Shown: one piece after another, positions 9,445 to 21,040 of the stretch
Position numbering within the stretch: the stretch's first letter is position 1
Layout of the letters: each line of letters starts with the position of its first letter
Position numbers and translations under genes: made by a program
From: Patescibacteria group bacterium
GTDB lineage: Bacteria > Patescibacteriota > Patescibacteriia > UBA1558 > GWA2-36-10
Assembly (NCBI GenBank): GCA_018819405.1
Contig: JAHJQF010000001.1
Location: forward strand, 226,097-290,096
Direction: 5' to 3'
DNA: 64,000 nt
Notes under the pieces: model-generated
Told to the model about the DNA's origin: nothing
The model's input: only the letters and a program-made list of their open reading frames with translations
Databases searched by the model: none

Positions 9445-11997
9445 ATGTATTTAGAAAAACTGGAAATTCAAGGCTTTAAGTCATTTGCTAATCCGACCAC
9501 TTTAATTTTTAATCGGGACATGACAGCAATTGTCGGTCCAAATGGAAGTGGTAAGTCAAATATTGCTGATGCAGTCCGTTGGGTACTAGGTGAACAAAGT
9601 ATCAAAACTCTTCGGGGTAAAAAATCAGAGGATGTCATATTTGCCGGATCTGATAAGAAAAATAAACTCGGATATGCCGAGGTTAGTTTATATCTTAATA
9701 ATTCTGATCGCCAGGCAGAACTTGATTATGAACAGATTGTTATTACCAGAAAGATAGAGCGAAGTGGCGAGAGTGAATATTTGATAAACAACAATAAAGT
9801 TCGTTTGTTTGACGTCCAATTACTTTTGGCTAAGGCTAACTTTGGTCAAAAAACATATAGCGTGATTGGTCAAGGCATGATTGATTCCATATTGGTGTCA
9901 TCTGGTCAGGAGAGAAAAGAATTTTTTGATGAAGCAACGGGTGTCAAACAATTTCAAATCAAAAAAAATCAGGCTATCAATAAATTGGAAGGCTCCAAAG
10001 AAAATCTTGAACAAAGTGCCAAGATTTTGGCTGAGCTTGATCCACGACTGCGTAGTTTGACTCGTCAGGTAAAGAGGTTGGAAAAAAGAGAAAAGTTGGA
10101 AGAGGAACTCAAAGAAATACAAACAAGCTATTATAGTTTTCTGACCAACAATATCAATGATGACTTAAAAGTTAAAAAAGAAGAATTTGATAAATTACAA
10201 AAAGAAGTAGCAGATTTGAATCAAGAATTAATAGACCTTCAGACCCAGTTGGACAAAGAAGAAAAATCCTCATCTCGTCAGGATAATTTTGAAATATTAC
10301 AAAAAAAATTGGCCCAATCTCAAAGTGAGTTATCTATACTGATAAAAGAAAAAACAATTTTGGAAGGTCAGGCCGATTTAAAATTAATGTCATCTGGTAA
10401 ATCCGACATTGTCTGGCTAAAAGCGAGGATAGAGGAGCTAAAAAATCAGATCAATAATGACAAACTAATTTTGTCAGAAAAACAAACTAGTCTAAAGATT
10501 GCCAAAGACAATCTCCAGCAGTTAGAAGAGAAGCGGCAAGGAATAATGGAAGAGTTTTCCAAGCTGGAAAATAAGCTTTTGAATAATGGTGAGCTTTCTC
10601 CTGAAGAAATGCGTGAAAAATTAGAAGGTATTTTGAGAAAACAGATTAGTTTTCAGGAGCTTTTGGAAAGAATGGAGACTATTGATATTTTGCCAGATTT
10701 GAAAAAGGCCTGCTATCAGGTGACGGAAGCAGTCAACGCTTTATTTAGTAAAATAAAAGTATCCAAAGAAGATAGCCGCAAGATTTGGCAAAACGAGTTC
10801 AATAAAATGCTTTCCAGTAAGGATAATTTGGTAGCGGAAATAAGTGAAGCTCGCACTAGGCTAGCAGTCCTAGAAAGCGAAGATAATAAAATAAAAGAAG
10901 CAATAGAGCGTGCTGAGCAAGAACTAAAAAAATTAGAGTCCGATGCTAAACGATTGGCTGGAGATAAGTCTGATACTTCTAAACAACTGGAAGAAACTGT
11001 CACCAAGATAGAAGATAAAAATAAACAACTCTCAGAAATAGAAAAACAAATCCAAGAGTTTAATAAAATTGAGGAAGACAAAAGGCAATCTTTGGTGCAA
11101 GCCCAAAAAGGATTTCGTGAAGTACAAGCAAACTTTAATGAAAAAAATTCTAAGCTCAATGAAATAAAAGTAGAATTGGCTCGTTTGGAAACCAGACAAG
11201 AAGAGCTTGAGCGTGAGATACGAGAAGAATTCAGTGTTTTTGAACTCAAAAAAACAAACTCAATCAATGTAGAAGAAAGCCGAGAAAAAATAAATAGTTT
11301 AAAAAATCAATTGAGCATTATCGGAGGAATTGATGAAATGGTTTTGGAGGAATATAATGAAGTATCAGAGCGTTATAATTTTTTGAAAGAGCAGAGCGAT
11401 GATTTGCTTCAAGCTATAGATCATTTGGAAAAAGTAATTAAGGATTTGGAAGAGGCTATTTCCAAGCAGTTTGACAAGAGTTTTAGAAATATAAATAATT
11501 TATTTAATCAGTATTTCAAAAAATTATTTAATGGTGGTAAGTCAGAACTTATTTTGGACATCCAAGATGTCAGAGTAAATAAAGCTGGTGAATCAGAAAA
11601 TTCCGAGGAAGAAAATGAGGAAGAAGTAGAAACTAAAAGACAGTATGGTATTGAGATAAAAGCCACGCCGCCAGGTAAAAGATTGGCCAGTATCAATATG
11701 CTTTCAGGTGGAGAAAAGGCACTGACCTCTATTGCTCTTATTTGTGCTATTATTGCCAATAGTCCTTCGCCATTTGTGGTTTTAGATGAGGTAGATGCAG
11801 CCTTAGATGAAGCCAACTCTATGCGTTTTGCAGAAATCTTAGAAGAATTATCGGCCAAAACTCAATTTGTAGCCATTACTCACAATCGAGCCACAATGCA
11901 CAAATCAAAAATTATCTATGGGGTGACTATGGGAGATGATGGAGTATCAAAGTTATTGTCTATGAGTTTTGATCAGGCTGATGAAATAGCTCAATAA
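9445..11997 (+). CDS. smc: chromosome segregation protein SMC (short, 850 aa)
   Basis: MYLEKLEIQGFKSF..GPNGSGKSN Walker A; long coiled coil; LSGGEKALTSIAL signature; VLDEVDAALD Walker B. Confidence 0.8.
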   Translation: MYLEKLEIQGFKSFANPTTLIFNRDMTAIVGPNGSGKSNIADAVRWVLGEQSIKTLRGKKSEDVIFAGSDKKNKLGYAEVSLYLNNSDRQAELDYEQIVITRKIERSGESEYLINNNKVRLFDVQLLLAKANFGQKTYSVIGQGMIDSILVSSGQERKEFFDEATGVKQFQIKKNQAINKLEGSKENLEQSAKILAELDPRLRSLTRQVKRLEKREKLEEELKEIQTSYYSFLTNNINDDLKVKKEEFDKLQKEVADLNQELIDLQTQLDKEEKSSSRQDNFEILQKKLAQSQSELSILIKEKTILEGQADLKLMSSGKSDIVWLKARIEELKNQINNDKLILSEKQTSLKIAKDNLQQLEEKRQGIMEEFSKLENKLLNNGELSPEEMREKLEGILRKQISFQELLERMETIDILPDLKKACYQVTEAVNALFSKIKVSKEDSRKIWQNEFNKMLSSKDNLVAEISEARTRLAVLESEDNKIKEAIERAEQELKKLESDAKRLAGDKSDTSKQLEETVTKIEDKNKQLSEIEKQIQEFNKIEEDKRQSLVQAQKGFREVQANFNEKNSKLNEIKVELARLETRQEELEREIREEFSVFELKKTNSINVEESREKINSLKNQLSIIGGIDEMVLEEYNEVSERYNFLKEQSDDLLQAIDHLEKVIKDLEEAISKQFDKSFRNINNLFNQYFKKLFNGGKSELILDIQDVRVNKAGESENSEEENEEEVETKRQYGIEIKATPPGKRLASINMLSGGEKALTSIALICAIIANSPSPFVVLDEVDAALDEANSMRFAEILEELSAKTQFVAITHNRATMHKSKIIYGVTMGDDGVSKLLSMSFDQADEIAQ

Positions 11998-12011
11998 TAT
12001 ATAGATTTTTT

Positions 12012-12040
12012 AGCCCGCCGCGTTTTACGCGGCGGGCTTT
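12012..12040 (+). terminator. rho-independent terminator after smc
   Basis: agcccgccgcg-tttta-cgcggcgggct + TTT. Confidence 0.7.
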
Positions 12041-12168
12041 ATAATTGACAAAAATTATATTATATGGTTATTATTAAAATTGATTCTGTACATATCTCAG
12101 CTTTTATACTAGAAGCATAAAAACACTCGCCACGATAGGACCCAAAAAAAGAAAGGAAAGTTTTTAAC

Positions 12169-12450
12169 ATGAAAGACAAAGCGGTTGCTAGGGTGATGGA
12201 CGGAGACCTAGTGTTTCTGAGCTTGGAGGATCTGGGTGAAGACTTGTTGGTCCGGCTGGGAAGCAACGGTCAGCTCGACCACATCATGACTTCTGACGGG
12301 GTCAAACTACATATCTTCGATGTCTACTGTGTGGACGGTTTCTCCGTTCAACTCCACAGTGACAGTGATCGTCACAACGCCTTGCTCAAGTCGAGTATCG
12401 GCCACATCGCCGTTTCCCGCTCTTTCCTGCCGCCGGATTTCGCCGGCTAA
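12169..12450 (+). CDS. hypothetical protein; high-GC islet with own SD and terminator
   Basis: AAGGAAAG SD 8 nt upstream of ATG; ~57% GC vs AT-rich flanks; followed by hairpin terminator 12469-12506. Confidence 0.45.
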   Translation: MKDKAVARVMDGDLVFLSLEDLGEDLLVRLGSNGQLDHIMTSDGVKLHIFDVYCVDGFSVQLHSDSDRHNALLKSSIGHIAVSRSFLPPDFAG

Positions 12451-12468
12451 GTCCCATACATGCGAGAA

Positions 12469-12506
12469 CCCCCGCCGAACGTAGTTTGGCGGGGGTCTTT
12501 TTTTGG
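12469..12506 (+). terminator. rho-independent terminator
   Basis: acccccgccgaac...gtttggcgggggt + TTTTTTT. Confidence 0.65.
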
Positions 12507-12512
12507 TTTAGA

Positions 12513-13352
12513 TTATTTTCCGTAAACTCCGCGGACAAGATCAGGATTTTTGCCAGAGTCAGTCAGATACTTTAGATTGATATCGCGGACTGCTTCACAC
12601 ACTTGTTTTTGTTGATCAAGATCTACACTATCAAGCATTTCTATAAAAGCTTCAAAGTCTTTTATAAAACAATGACCGCCAGCACCACGGCCACCTTGGT
12701 GTATGACGTCAAGGTGTGTTGGGCCAATACGCAAATCGTGCTTCATTCCTTCTTTGATAGTTTCAAAATCAAGACCCTTTTTTTCAGCCAGATCATAAAA
12801 CATATTCATAAATACCACCTTGAAATAAAACCAACAGTTACCACCGTATTTGATCATTTCAGCGTTTTCTACTTGCATGACTTTGTTGTAGGGTGCTTTG
12901 GCCAGTACGCTCAAAACTAATTCACCTTTTTGCTTTAATGTTTCATTTTTGATATCAGTGACACCAACAATATTTCTATAAGGATGTTTAGCATCATGGG
13001 CAGCTGTTTTTTCGGTCAAAAACTCTGGACTATGCATTACAATTATATTGGGGTGTTGTGTTTGCATTTTTTTGGTGGTGCCGACTTGGACAGTAGATTT
13101 GATAACGGCAACTTTACCATCACCTATGAGATTTAAAACTTCATCCACTATAGAATCATCAAAACCTTCTGGAGTGGTGGGAGTAGGCACAGCAATAAGC
13201 ACTATGTCACAATTTTTTATCTTATCTTTGTTTTCGGCATAGGTATCTATGTCATAGCGGACAATATTAAAACCGCGATTTTGGAAATCATCGGCATAAT
13301 TTTTGCCTATCCATCCCTGGCCAATAAAGCCAATTAGCAATTTTTTTTCCAT
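12513..13352 (-). CDS. nucleotide-sugar dehydrogenase (UDP-glucose/GDP-mannose dehydrogenase family), unusually short (279 aa)
   Basis: GFIGQGWIGKNYA Rossmann start, IAVPTPT, STVQVGTT, catalytic-Cys motif GGHCFIKD; lacks typical C-terminal domain length. Confidence 0.6.
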   Translation of the reverse strand: MEKKLLIGFIGQGWIGKNYADDFQNRGFNIVRYDIDTYAENKDKIKNCDIVLIAVPTPTTPEGFDDSIVDEVLNLIGDGKVAVIKSTVQVGTTKKMQTQHPNIIVMHSPEFLTEKTAAHDAKHPYRNIVGVTDIKNETLKQKGELVLSVLAKAPYNKVMQVENAEMIKYGGNCWFYFKVVFMNMFYDLAEKKGLDFETIKEGMKHDLRIGPTHLDVIHQGGRGAGGHCFIKDFEAFIEMLDSVDLDQQKQVCEAVRDINLKYLTDSGKNPDLVRGVYGK

Positions 13353-13433
13353 TTTTATTTGATAAAATTTTAAAACTGATTTTTATTATAACAATTTTAA
13401 AAATAAAGTCCAGCTTATTTTTTAATATATGTA

Positions 13434-13462
13434 TTGACATAAGTCCTTAATTATAGTAATAT
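13434..13462 (+). promoter_or_regulatory. sigma70-like promoter for rpsP (TTGACA-17-TAATAT)
   Basis: Hexamers read directly; followed by two short GC hairpins in the leader. Confidence 0.4.
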
Positions 13463-13563
13463 TGACCCCGTTAAATAACCCCGTCAAAACGGGGTTCCCG
13501 CTAAGCGGGATTTAACGGGTAGAGCCCTTCTACTTCAGTAATAATTAACAAGCGAAATATTAA

Positions 13564-13968
13564 ATGTTAGCCATTAGATTGCAAAGAGTCGGACGAAAAA
13601 AACAGCCACTTTATAGAGTGGTAGTTTCAGAAAAATCCAAGGATACCTATGGAAATCACCTAGAAATCCTAGGCAACTACAATCCTCATAAAAAAGAGGC
13701 CGTTTTGAAGGAAGACAGAATAAAACATTGGCTTTCTGTAGGTGCCCAAGCTTCTAATACCGTCAACAATCTTTTTATCAAAGAAGGCGTTATAGAAGGT
13801 AAAAAGGCCAAATCTGTAAGAATTACTAAAACCAGACAAGCCAAACAGAACGAAAAGAACAAGGCAGACACTGAAGCTAAGGCTAAAGAGGCTGAACCAA
13901 AAGTTGAAGAGCAGCCAGTTGTTGAAGAAAAAAACGAAGAAGTTAAAGAAGAGCAAATTAAAGAATAG
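13564..13968 (+). CDS. rpsP: 30S ribosomal protein S16 with Lys/Glu-rich C-terminal extension
   Basis: MLAIRLQRVGRKKQPLYRVVVSEKSKDTYGNHLEILGNYNPH. Confidence 0.9.
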   Translation: MLAIRLQRVGRKKQPLYRVVVSEKSKDTYGNHLEILGNYNPHKKEAVLKEDRIKHWLSVGAQASNTVNNLFIKEGVIEGKKAKSVRITKTRQAKQNEKNKADTEAKAKEAEPKVEEQPVVEEKNEEVKEEQIKE

Positions 13969-14074
13969 TTTTTTGCTTCTTGACCTTATTTGAAAGCAAT
14001 TATATAATATAAAAAGTTATTCTTGCTCATTAAAAGGGTATAACCCGATTTAGAAGATAATTAACCAAAAAGAC

Positions 14075-14398
14075 ATGGAAGATAAAGTATTTTTAGAAAC
14101 AGTTGTTAAAGCTTTAGTCGAAAAACCAGAAGACGTTGTTGTCGAAAGGAATATCGACGAAAGAGGCGTACTTTTGACTTTAAAAGTCAACCCAGAAGAA
14201 ATGGGAAAAATTATCGGTAAGCAGGGTCAAACAGCCCGTGCTCTAAGGACTCTTCTGCGTATCATTGGCAACAAGAATAATTCTTATGTCAATTTGAAGG
14301 TTTACGAACCAGAAAAAGAAGGTAGAGCTCCAAGAGAAGAAGCTCCAAGAGAAGAAGTTTCTAGCTCAGACGCCGATGTAGATGATTTGAAATTATAA
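14075..14398 (+). CDS. KH-domain RNA-binding protein (YlqC/UPF0109-like)
   Basis: GKIIGKQGQTARALRTLL KH motif; conserved position after rpsP. Confidence 0.8.
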   Translation: MEDKVFLETVVKALVEKPEDVVVERNIDERGVLLTLKVNPEEMGKIIGKQGQTARALRTLLRIIGNKNNSYVNLKVYEPEKEGRAPREEAPREEVSSSDADVDDLKL

Positions 14399-14478
14399 TT
14401 TTTGAACATTTATATTATAAAACATTAGACCGCAAACGCGGTCTTTTGTTTTTGTGGAATTTATAATATTATTAGATT

Positions 14479-14907
14479 ATGAAAAAGGGGATTGATTATA
14501 CAGGTATAAGTGTTGTCTATTTTTGTCATGATGGAAATGGCAATTTTATGATGGCCAAAAGATCTAAAGAGTGTCGTGATGAACATGGTCGATGGGATAT
14601 TGGTGGAGGCGGACTAGAATTTGGGCATACTGTGATAGACACTTTACGGAAAGAAATTAAAGAGGAGTATTGTAGTGACGTAATTGAATATGAGTTTTTA
14701 GGTTATAGAGATGTGCACAGAGAGCATGATGGCCAAAAGACGCATTGGTTAGCCCTAGATTTTAAAGTTTTAATAGACAGATCTATTGTAAAAAATGGTG
14801 AGCCACACAAGTTTGACGAAATAAAATGGTATCAATTGAGTAATATACCACAAAATACCCATTCACAGTTTCCTAACTTTTTGAATCTGTACAAAGATAA
14901 ATTATGA
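14479..14907 (+). CDS. NUDIX hydrolase
   Basis: GGGGLEFGHTVIDTLRKEIKEEYC Nudix-like box; position rpsP-KH-X-trmD. Confidence 0.65.
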   Translation: MKKGIDYTGISVVYFCHDGNGNFMMAKRSKECRDEHGRWDIGGGGLEFGHTVIDTLRKEIKEEYCSDVIEYEFLGYRDVHREHDGQKTHWLALDFKVLIDRSIVKNGEPHKFDEIKWYQLSNIPQNTHSQFPNFLNLYKDKL

Positions 14908-14970
14908 AGTTATGAATATTGGCCATGAAGCCGGTAATTTTAAATGGTGATTTAAGTAAAATAATATGTA

Positions 14971-15068
14971 ATTGCGAACGCAGTGAAGCAAGCTAAAATT
15001 TTAGATTGCCACGCCCTTCGACTTGGTTCGAGTTCGCTCACCACAAGTCGTTCAGGGCTCGCAATGAC
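14971..15068. repeat. diverged member of the modular palindromic repeat family seen at 53.5-64 kb (TIR attgcga.../...tcgcaat)
   Basis: gagttcgctcaccacaagtcgttcagggc matches agtccgctcacccaaatcgttctttcgc arm of downstream elements (~20/28); terminal inverted repeats. Confidence 0.4.
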
Positions 15069-15082
15069 AATAAAAATTAGAA

Positions 15083-15751
15083 ATGAAGTTCGACATACTT
15101 ACAATTTTTCCTGATAGTTTAGACAGTTATTTTAATAGCTCTATTTTGGATAAAGCCCAAAAGAAAAAACTAATAGAAATAAATACTCACGACATCAGAA
15201 AACAATCGACTGATAAACATCACAAAGTAGATGATACGCCCTATGGCGGCGGACCAGGCATGGTCATACAGATTGAGCCGGTTTATAAAACTTTGAAAAA
15301 AATCTATCCGCGCAAAAATAAATCTACCAGAGTGATATTGATGTCACCCCAGGGTAAAACTTTTGACCAAAATGAGGTCAAGCGTCTGACCAAATATAAA
15401 AGGCTGATTTTGATAGCGGGGCATTATGAAGCAATTGATTCCAGAGTTGATAATTTTATTGATGAAAAAATATCTTTGGGCAATTTTGTACTTACCGGCG
15501 GAGAGCTGGTCGCTGCCTGTATTATAGATAGTGTGGCTAGATTAGTGCCAGGAGTAGTGGGTAAAGAGGAGTCTATTCAAGAAGAGTCATTTTCTCAATA
15601 TGATAAAAAAACTGAAAAGTTTAATATTGAATATCCTCAATATACCAGACCAGAGGTTTTTAGGGGGTTTAAAGTTCCAGAAATTTTACTTTCAGGGCAC
15701 CATGGTAAAATAGCTAAATGGAGGCAGGAACAGACAAAGTATAGGAAATAA
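15083..15751 (+). CDS. trmD: tRNA (guanine37-N1)-methyltransferase
   Basis: MKFDILTIFPD..DDTPYGGGPGMV..LIAGHYEAID TrmD signatures. Confidence 0.9.
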   Translation: MKFDILTIFPDSLDSYFNSSILDKAQKKKLIEINTHDIRKQSTDKHHKVDDTPYGGGPGMVIQIEPVYKTLKKIYPRKNKSTRVILMSPQGKTFDQNEVKRLTKYKRLILIAGHYEAIDSRVDNFIDEKISLGNFVLTGGELVAACIIDSVARLVPGVVGKEESIQEESFSQYDKKTEKFNIEYPQYTRPEVFRGFKVPEILLSGHHGKIAKWRQEQTKYRK

Positions 15752-15812
15752 CTTAGTTTTTGGGATTTTTATTAGACTATAAGCTAGTTTATTAAATTCT
15801 TATATATTATAC

Positions 15813-15841
15813 TTGACAAATTCCTTTTTTTGCACTATCAT
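15813..15841 (+). promoter_or_regulatory. sigma70-like promoter upstream of 16S rRNA (TTGACA-17-TATCAT)
   Basis: Hexamers read directly ~240 nt upstream of 16S 5' end. Confidence 0.5.
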
Positions 15842-16081
15842 GATGGAGCATTAATTTTAAGGTATAAAACTTTCGTAGCTGATTGAAAACAACCTGAGTT
15901 GCAAATAAAGATAAGACAGTAGTGTCTGAATGTTTCGGACCTTGCTGTTTTTTCTTAATATTGAAAGGTTATTTGACAAGAGAATACCACAAAAATTTAA
16001 TGACTTGGAAGTGACGAGCTTTTAGTCAATTCAATTTTTTATTTTCAATTATTGAGTCAATATGACTCAAATTCTATAGTT

Positions 16082-17568
<1,487 letters not shown>

Positions 17569-17739
17569 TAAGGAGTATAATCAGAACAACTCATCTCACA
17601 ATCAGTTGTTCATAGTCGAACTCCTCCCATATTATGGGATGAGATAGTTGGCTAAAAGTAGTCACTTCTAAGTTATTAAAATAAAAAATCCCTTGCTTGA
17701 TGCAGGGCTTTTTTTGTAAGAAGCTGGTTTGACAAAGGC

Positions 17740-17768
17740 TTGTCAAAAAATCATTTTTCTGGTATTAT
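17740..17768 (+). promoter_or_regulatory. sigma70-like promoter for downstream tRNA cluster (TTGTCA-17-TATTAT)
   Basis: Follows weak hairpin plus T-run after 16S. Confidence 0.4.
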
Positions 17769-17803
17769 CTGACCTGTTGTACTATAAAAGCGTTTGAGTT
17801 GAT

Positions 17804-17880
17804 GGGCATGTAGCTCAGTTGGTTAGAGCACCACACTGATAATGTGGGGGTCGGAGATTCGAGTTCTCCCATGCCCACCA
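17804..17880 (+). tRNA. tRNA-Ile (anticodon GAT)
   Basis: Anticodon loop ctgataa; T-loop GGAGATTCGAGTTCTCC; CCA. Confidence 0.8.
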
Positions 17881-17902
17881 GTTTAAGCGTTTTTAAAAGT
17901 TT

Positions 17903-17978
<76 letters not shown>

Positions 17979-18062
17979 CGATTAATTGTATAATAGTATA
18001 ATTGTTTAATTGAAGAACACTATTAGTCTATTAACCTATTAATCAATTACACTATTATTTAC

Positions 18063-18138
18063 GGGGTGTGGCGCAGTTGGCTAGCGCGCGTCGTTTGGGA
18101 CGATGAGGCCGGAGGTTCGAGTCCTCTCACCCCGACCA
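18063..18138 (+). tRNA. tRNA-Pro (anticodon TGG)
   Basis: Anticodon stem cgtcg/cgatg, loop tttggga; T-loop GGTTCGAGTCC; CCA. Confidence 0.75.
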
Positions 18139-18190
18139 TTTAAAATTTACCTTCGCAGTGGCGGGCCTGCCTCGCCGAAGCGAAGCGTAG

Positions 18191-18266
18191 GCGGGTGTCG
18201 TATAGTGGTTTATTATGTCAGCCTTCCAAGCTGAAGAGGGCGGTTCGATTCCGCTCACCCGCTCCA
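18191..18266 (+). tRNA. tRNA-Gly (anticodon TCC)
   Basis: Acceptor gcgggtg/cacccgc; anticodon loop cttccaa; T-loop GGTTCGATTCC; CCA. Confidence 0.8.
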
Positions 18267-18379
18267 TCCTTCGCTAAAGCTTCTGATGGCACAGCCAGAC
18301 ACAGGGTTTTATAACCTAAATAAAATTCGCCAATTATGGCGTTTTTTTGCTATACTTAAAATATTATTAAAATAATCCA

Positions 18380-18913
18380 ATGATAAAAAATAGCCTAGGC
18401 CTTAGTAAATCAACTTTAGATGCTATAATCAATCAATCAGTAGCTATACTTTGTGATGGCAATAACATAGAAAGAAGTATTCACGATATTTCCAAAAATC
18501 AAAATACTATGATTGATTTTGATAAAGTAATTCCGCGTTTGTTGAACGGTAGAGGACTCAATAGACTACTATATTTTAGAGAAGGCAAATCTATATCTTC
18601 TAAGTTTGCCGAAAGACTGCACGAAAATTATTATGGTTCAGTCATAGCTTGTCATAAATCAGCCGACATTCCATTGACTATCAAAGCCACTCAACTGGCT
18701 TCCAAGGTAGATACTATTATCATCATGTCTGGTGATTCAGATTATATAGATTTAGTGGATCATCTCAAAGGGGAAGGAGTTAGAGTAGAAATAGCCGCTG
18801 TCAAAAAAACAGCTGCCCAAGCTTTGATTGACGAGGCGGATTATTTTTATGAAATCACCAAAGAAGATTGGTTTGTGTACAAAGCTCCTCGCACATATCC
18901 CAGAAAAAAATAA
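18380..18913 (+). CDS. NYN-domain (LabA-like/DUF88) protein
   Basis: VAILCDGNNI ... IIIMSGDSDYIDLVDHLKGEGVRVEI typical NYN/LabA motifs. Confidence 0.6.
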   Translation: MIKNSLGLSKSTLDAIINQSVAILCDGNNIERSIHDISKNQNTMIDFDKVIPRLLNGRGLNRLLYFREGKSISSKFAERLHENYYGSVIACHKSADIPLTIKATQLASKVDTIIIMSGDSDYIDLVDHLKGEGVRVEIAAVKKTAAQALIDEADYFYEITKEDWFVYKAPRTYPRKK

Positions 18914-18945
18914 TTAGTGATTAGAAATTTTGTTATCATAAATTT

Positions 18946-19485
18946 ATGAGTTTTGAAGATAGTTTTCAGGAAAATTTATCAGAAAAAGAATTAAACATAA
19001 GAAAATTAAGGGCAGAAGTTGAAAAAATTACCGATAGTCTTGGTTTTGGTATTGATGAAAATATCAAAGACAGCATAGTTGCTGTTAAGGCTCATGATTT
19101 TTCTACCAGTGCTTCTTGTGAGGGTCATTTGACGGATAAAGAAAACGATAGGTCATTTTTGTATCCCAGTATTGATATAGAAGAGCCAGAACCAGAGGGT
19201 TGGAGAGATGATGAAGAATTGCAAAGGCAATGGAGTGAGGCCAACGCCTTACAAAGAGAGAAAATGCAAAAGCTATTGGATGAATTTTATGCAGACAGAG
19301 ATGTTGACGAAGTTTATAAACTAACAATAAACCCAAGAGGTATTTTTAATGCTTTTGTATTGGCCAGTGCTAAGTATAAAGAAAAGTATTTAAAACCCGA
19401 TGAAAGTGAAGAGAAAGTTTTGCTTCGGGCACAAGCAGAAATGCAGGAGTTTACAAAATTTTTAATGAACAAGTATTATGATTAA
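18946..19485 (+). CDS. hypothetical protein
   Basis: 179-aa ORF, acidic, no recognisable domain. Confidence 0.4.
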   Translation: MSFEDSFQENLSEKELNIRKLRAEVEKITDSLGFGIDENIKDSIVAVKAHDFSTSASCEGHLTDKENDRSFLYPSIDIEEPEPEGWRDDEELQRQWSEANALQREKMQKLLDEFYADRDVDEVYKLTINPRGIFNAFVLASAKYKEKYLKPDESEEKVLLRAQAEMQEFTKFLMNKYYD

Positions 19486-19729
19486 AATAAAAATATCCGG
19501 CGGTGTGGTTCACGCTGTACCTGCAGACTTAAAAAAAGCACTAAGCGCTTCTATAAAAATAGCAACTGCTTGGAACGACCTTACACCATTGGCGCGCAAC
19601 GAATGGATTTGCTGGACTACATCAGTTAAGAAGTTGGAAACAAGAAAACAACACATAGAGCGAGTGTGCGCTGATATGCTCAAAGGTAAACGAAGACCAT
19701 GTTGTTGGCCTGGTTGTCCGCATAGATAA
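19478..19729 (+). CDS. YdeI/OmpD-associated (OmdA) family protein
   Basis: VPADLKKAL...LTPLARNEWICW...KLETRKQHIERVCADMLKGK matches family pattern. Confidence 0.5.
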   Translation: MIKIKISGGVVHAVPADLKKALSASIKIATAWNDLTPLARNEWICWTTSVKKLETRKQHIERVCADMLKGKRRPCCWPGCPHR

Positions 19730-19826
19730 TATAGTTTTAAAAACAGGCTTTTGTGGCTTGTTTTTTATTTTTTCTTTATAAAGAAGGGGGTTTGTCTTTT
19801 TTATAGGCTCTTGCTAAGATTTCTAT

Positions 19827-21035
19827 ATGGCGATTAAAAATCAGACACCCTTAGCTGACAGAATGAGACCCAAAAAATTGGAGCATTTTTTTGGTCAGGA
19901 TAGTATTGTGGGTACTGGGAAAATGCTTCGTCAAGCGATTGAGAGCGACAATGTGCCACCAATGATTTTTTGGGGACCACCGGGTTCGGGCAAAACCACT
20001 CTAGCTCATATAGTAGCTCACTCTACTCATTCTGATTTTGTGCAGATTTCAGCAGTAACTAGCGGCGTAGCAGAATTGAGACAATTTATCACCAGAGCGG
20101 AGCAAAACAAAAGACTAGGTCAACAGACTATCTTGTTTATTGATGAAATCCATCGTTGGAATAAAGCTCAGCAAGACGCACTCCTGCCTCACGTGGAAAA
20201 AGGCACCATAATTCTCATTGGCGCCACTACAGAAAATCCCAGCTTTGAAGTGCGTGGTGCTTTGCTTTCTCGTTGTCGGGTCTTTGTTTTAGAAAGATTG
20301 GACAAAGAGCACATCAAAAAAATAATAGACAATACTTTGAAAGACAAAGAAAATGGTTTGGGCAATTTGAAGCTAAAAATATCTGACAAAGTCAAAAATT
20401 TGATAGCTGATTTTAGTAACGGCGATGCCAGGGCAGCCTTAAATGTTTTGGAATATGCAGCTTCTCTTTCTAAAACTATCAGTCAAGAAACAGTTAAAGA
20501 AGCATACCAGAAATCACACTTACTTTATGACAAGGATGGCGAAGAGCATTACAATATTATTTCTGCTTTGCATAAATCTATGCGCGGCTCAGATGCTAAC
20601 GCTGCTTTGTATTGGCTAGCTAGGATGCTCGAAGCTGGTGAGGATCCAATATATATTGCTCGTCGTTTGGTCAGATTTGCTTCTGAAGATATTGGCTTGG
20701 CCAATTCCCGTGCTCTAGAACAAGCAGTATCTGCTTATCAAGCTTGTTCGTTTATTGGCATGCCAGAGTGTAATGTAATCTTGGCTCAGGCTGTGGTTTA
20801 TATGGCCAAGTGTAAAAAATCCAATGATTTGTATGTGGCTTATAATAAGGCAAAAGCGGACGTCCAAAAGCACGGCAACTTATCAGTGCCACTGCACATT
20901 AGAAATGCTCCGACGGATTTGATGAAAGATTTGGGCTATGGTAAGGGTTATAAGTATAGTCCAGATTTTGATTATCAGGAAGAGCAGGAGTATTTGCCAA
21001 AAGAATTAAAAAATAAAAAATATTTAAAAGATTAA
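19827..21035 (+). CDS. rarA: replication-associated recombination protein A (AAA+ ATPase)
   Basis: MRPKKLEHFFGQD...FWGPPGSGKTTLAHIVA; RarA/MgsA architecture. Confidence 0.85.
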   Translation: MAIKNQTPLADRMRPKKLEHFFGQDSIVGTGKMLRQAIESDNVPPMIFWGPPGSGKTTLAHIVAHSTHSDFVQISAVTSGVAELRQFITRAEQNKRLGQQTILFIDEIHRWNKAQQDALLPHVEKGTIILIGATTENPSFEVRGALLSRCRVFVLERLDKEHIKKIIDNTLKDKENGLGNLKLKISDKVKNLIADFSNGDARAALNVLEYAASLSKTISQETVKEAYQKSHLLYDKDGEEHYNIISALHKSMRGSDANAALYWLARMLEAGEDPIYIARRLVRFASEDIGLANSRALEQAVSAYQACSFIGMPECNVILAQAVVYMAKCKKSNDLYVAYNKAKADVQKHGNLSVPLHIRNAPTDLMKDLGYGKGYKYSPDFDYQEEQEYLPKELKNKKYLKD

Positions 21036-21040
21036 TATTT

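Noticed and set aside
10716-11858. Antisense ORFs inside smc (10716-11267, 11508-11858) and similar in-gene antisense ORFs elsewhere (e.g. 2092-2476, 13669-13956, 24880-25118, 47843-48185, 50705-51013, 52898-53359)
   Set aside because: Embedded within well-supported genes on the opposite strand. Composition-driven open frames without SD or homology.
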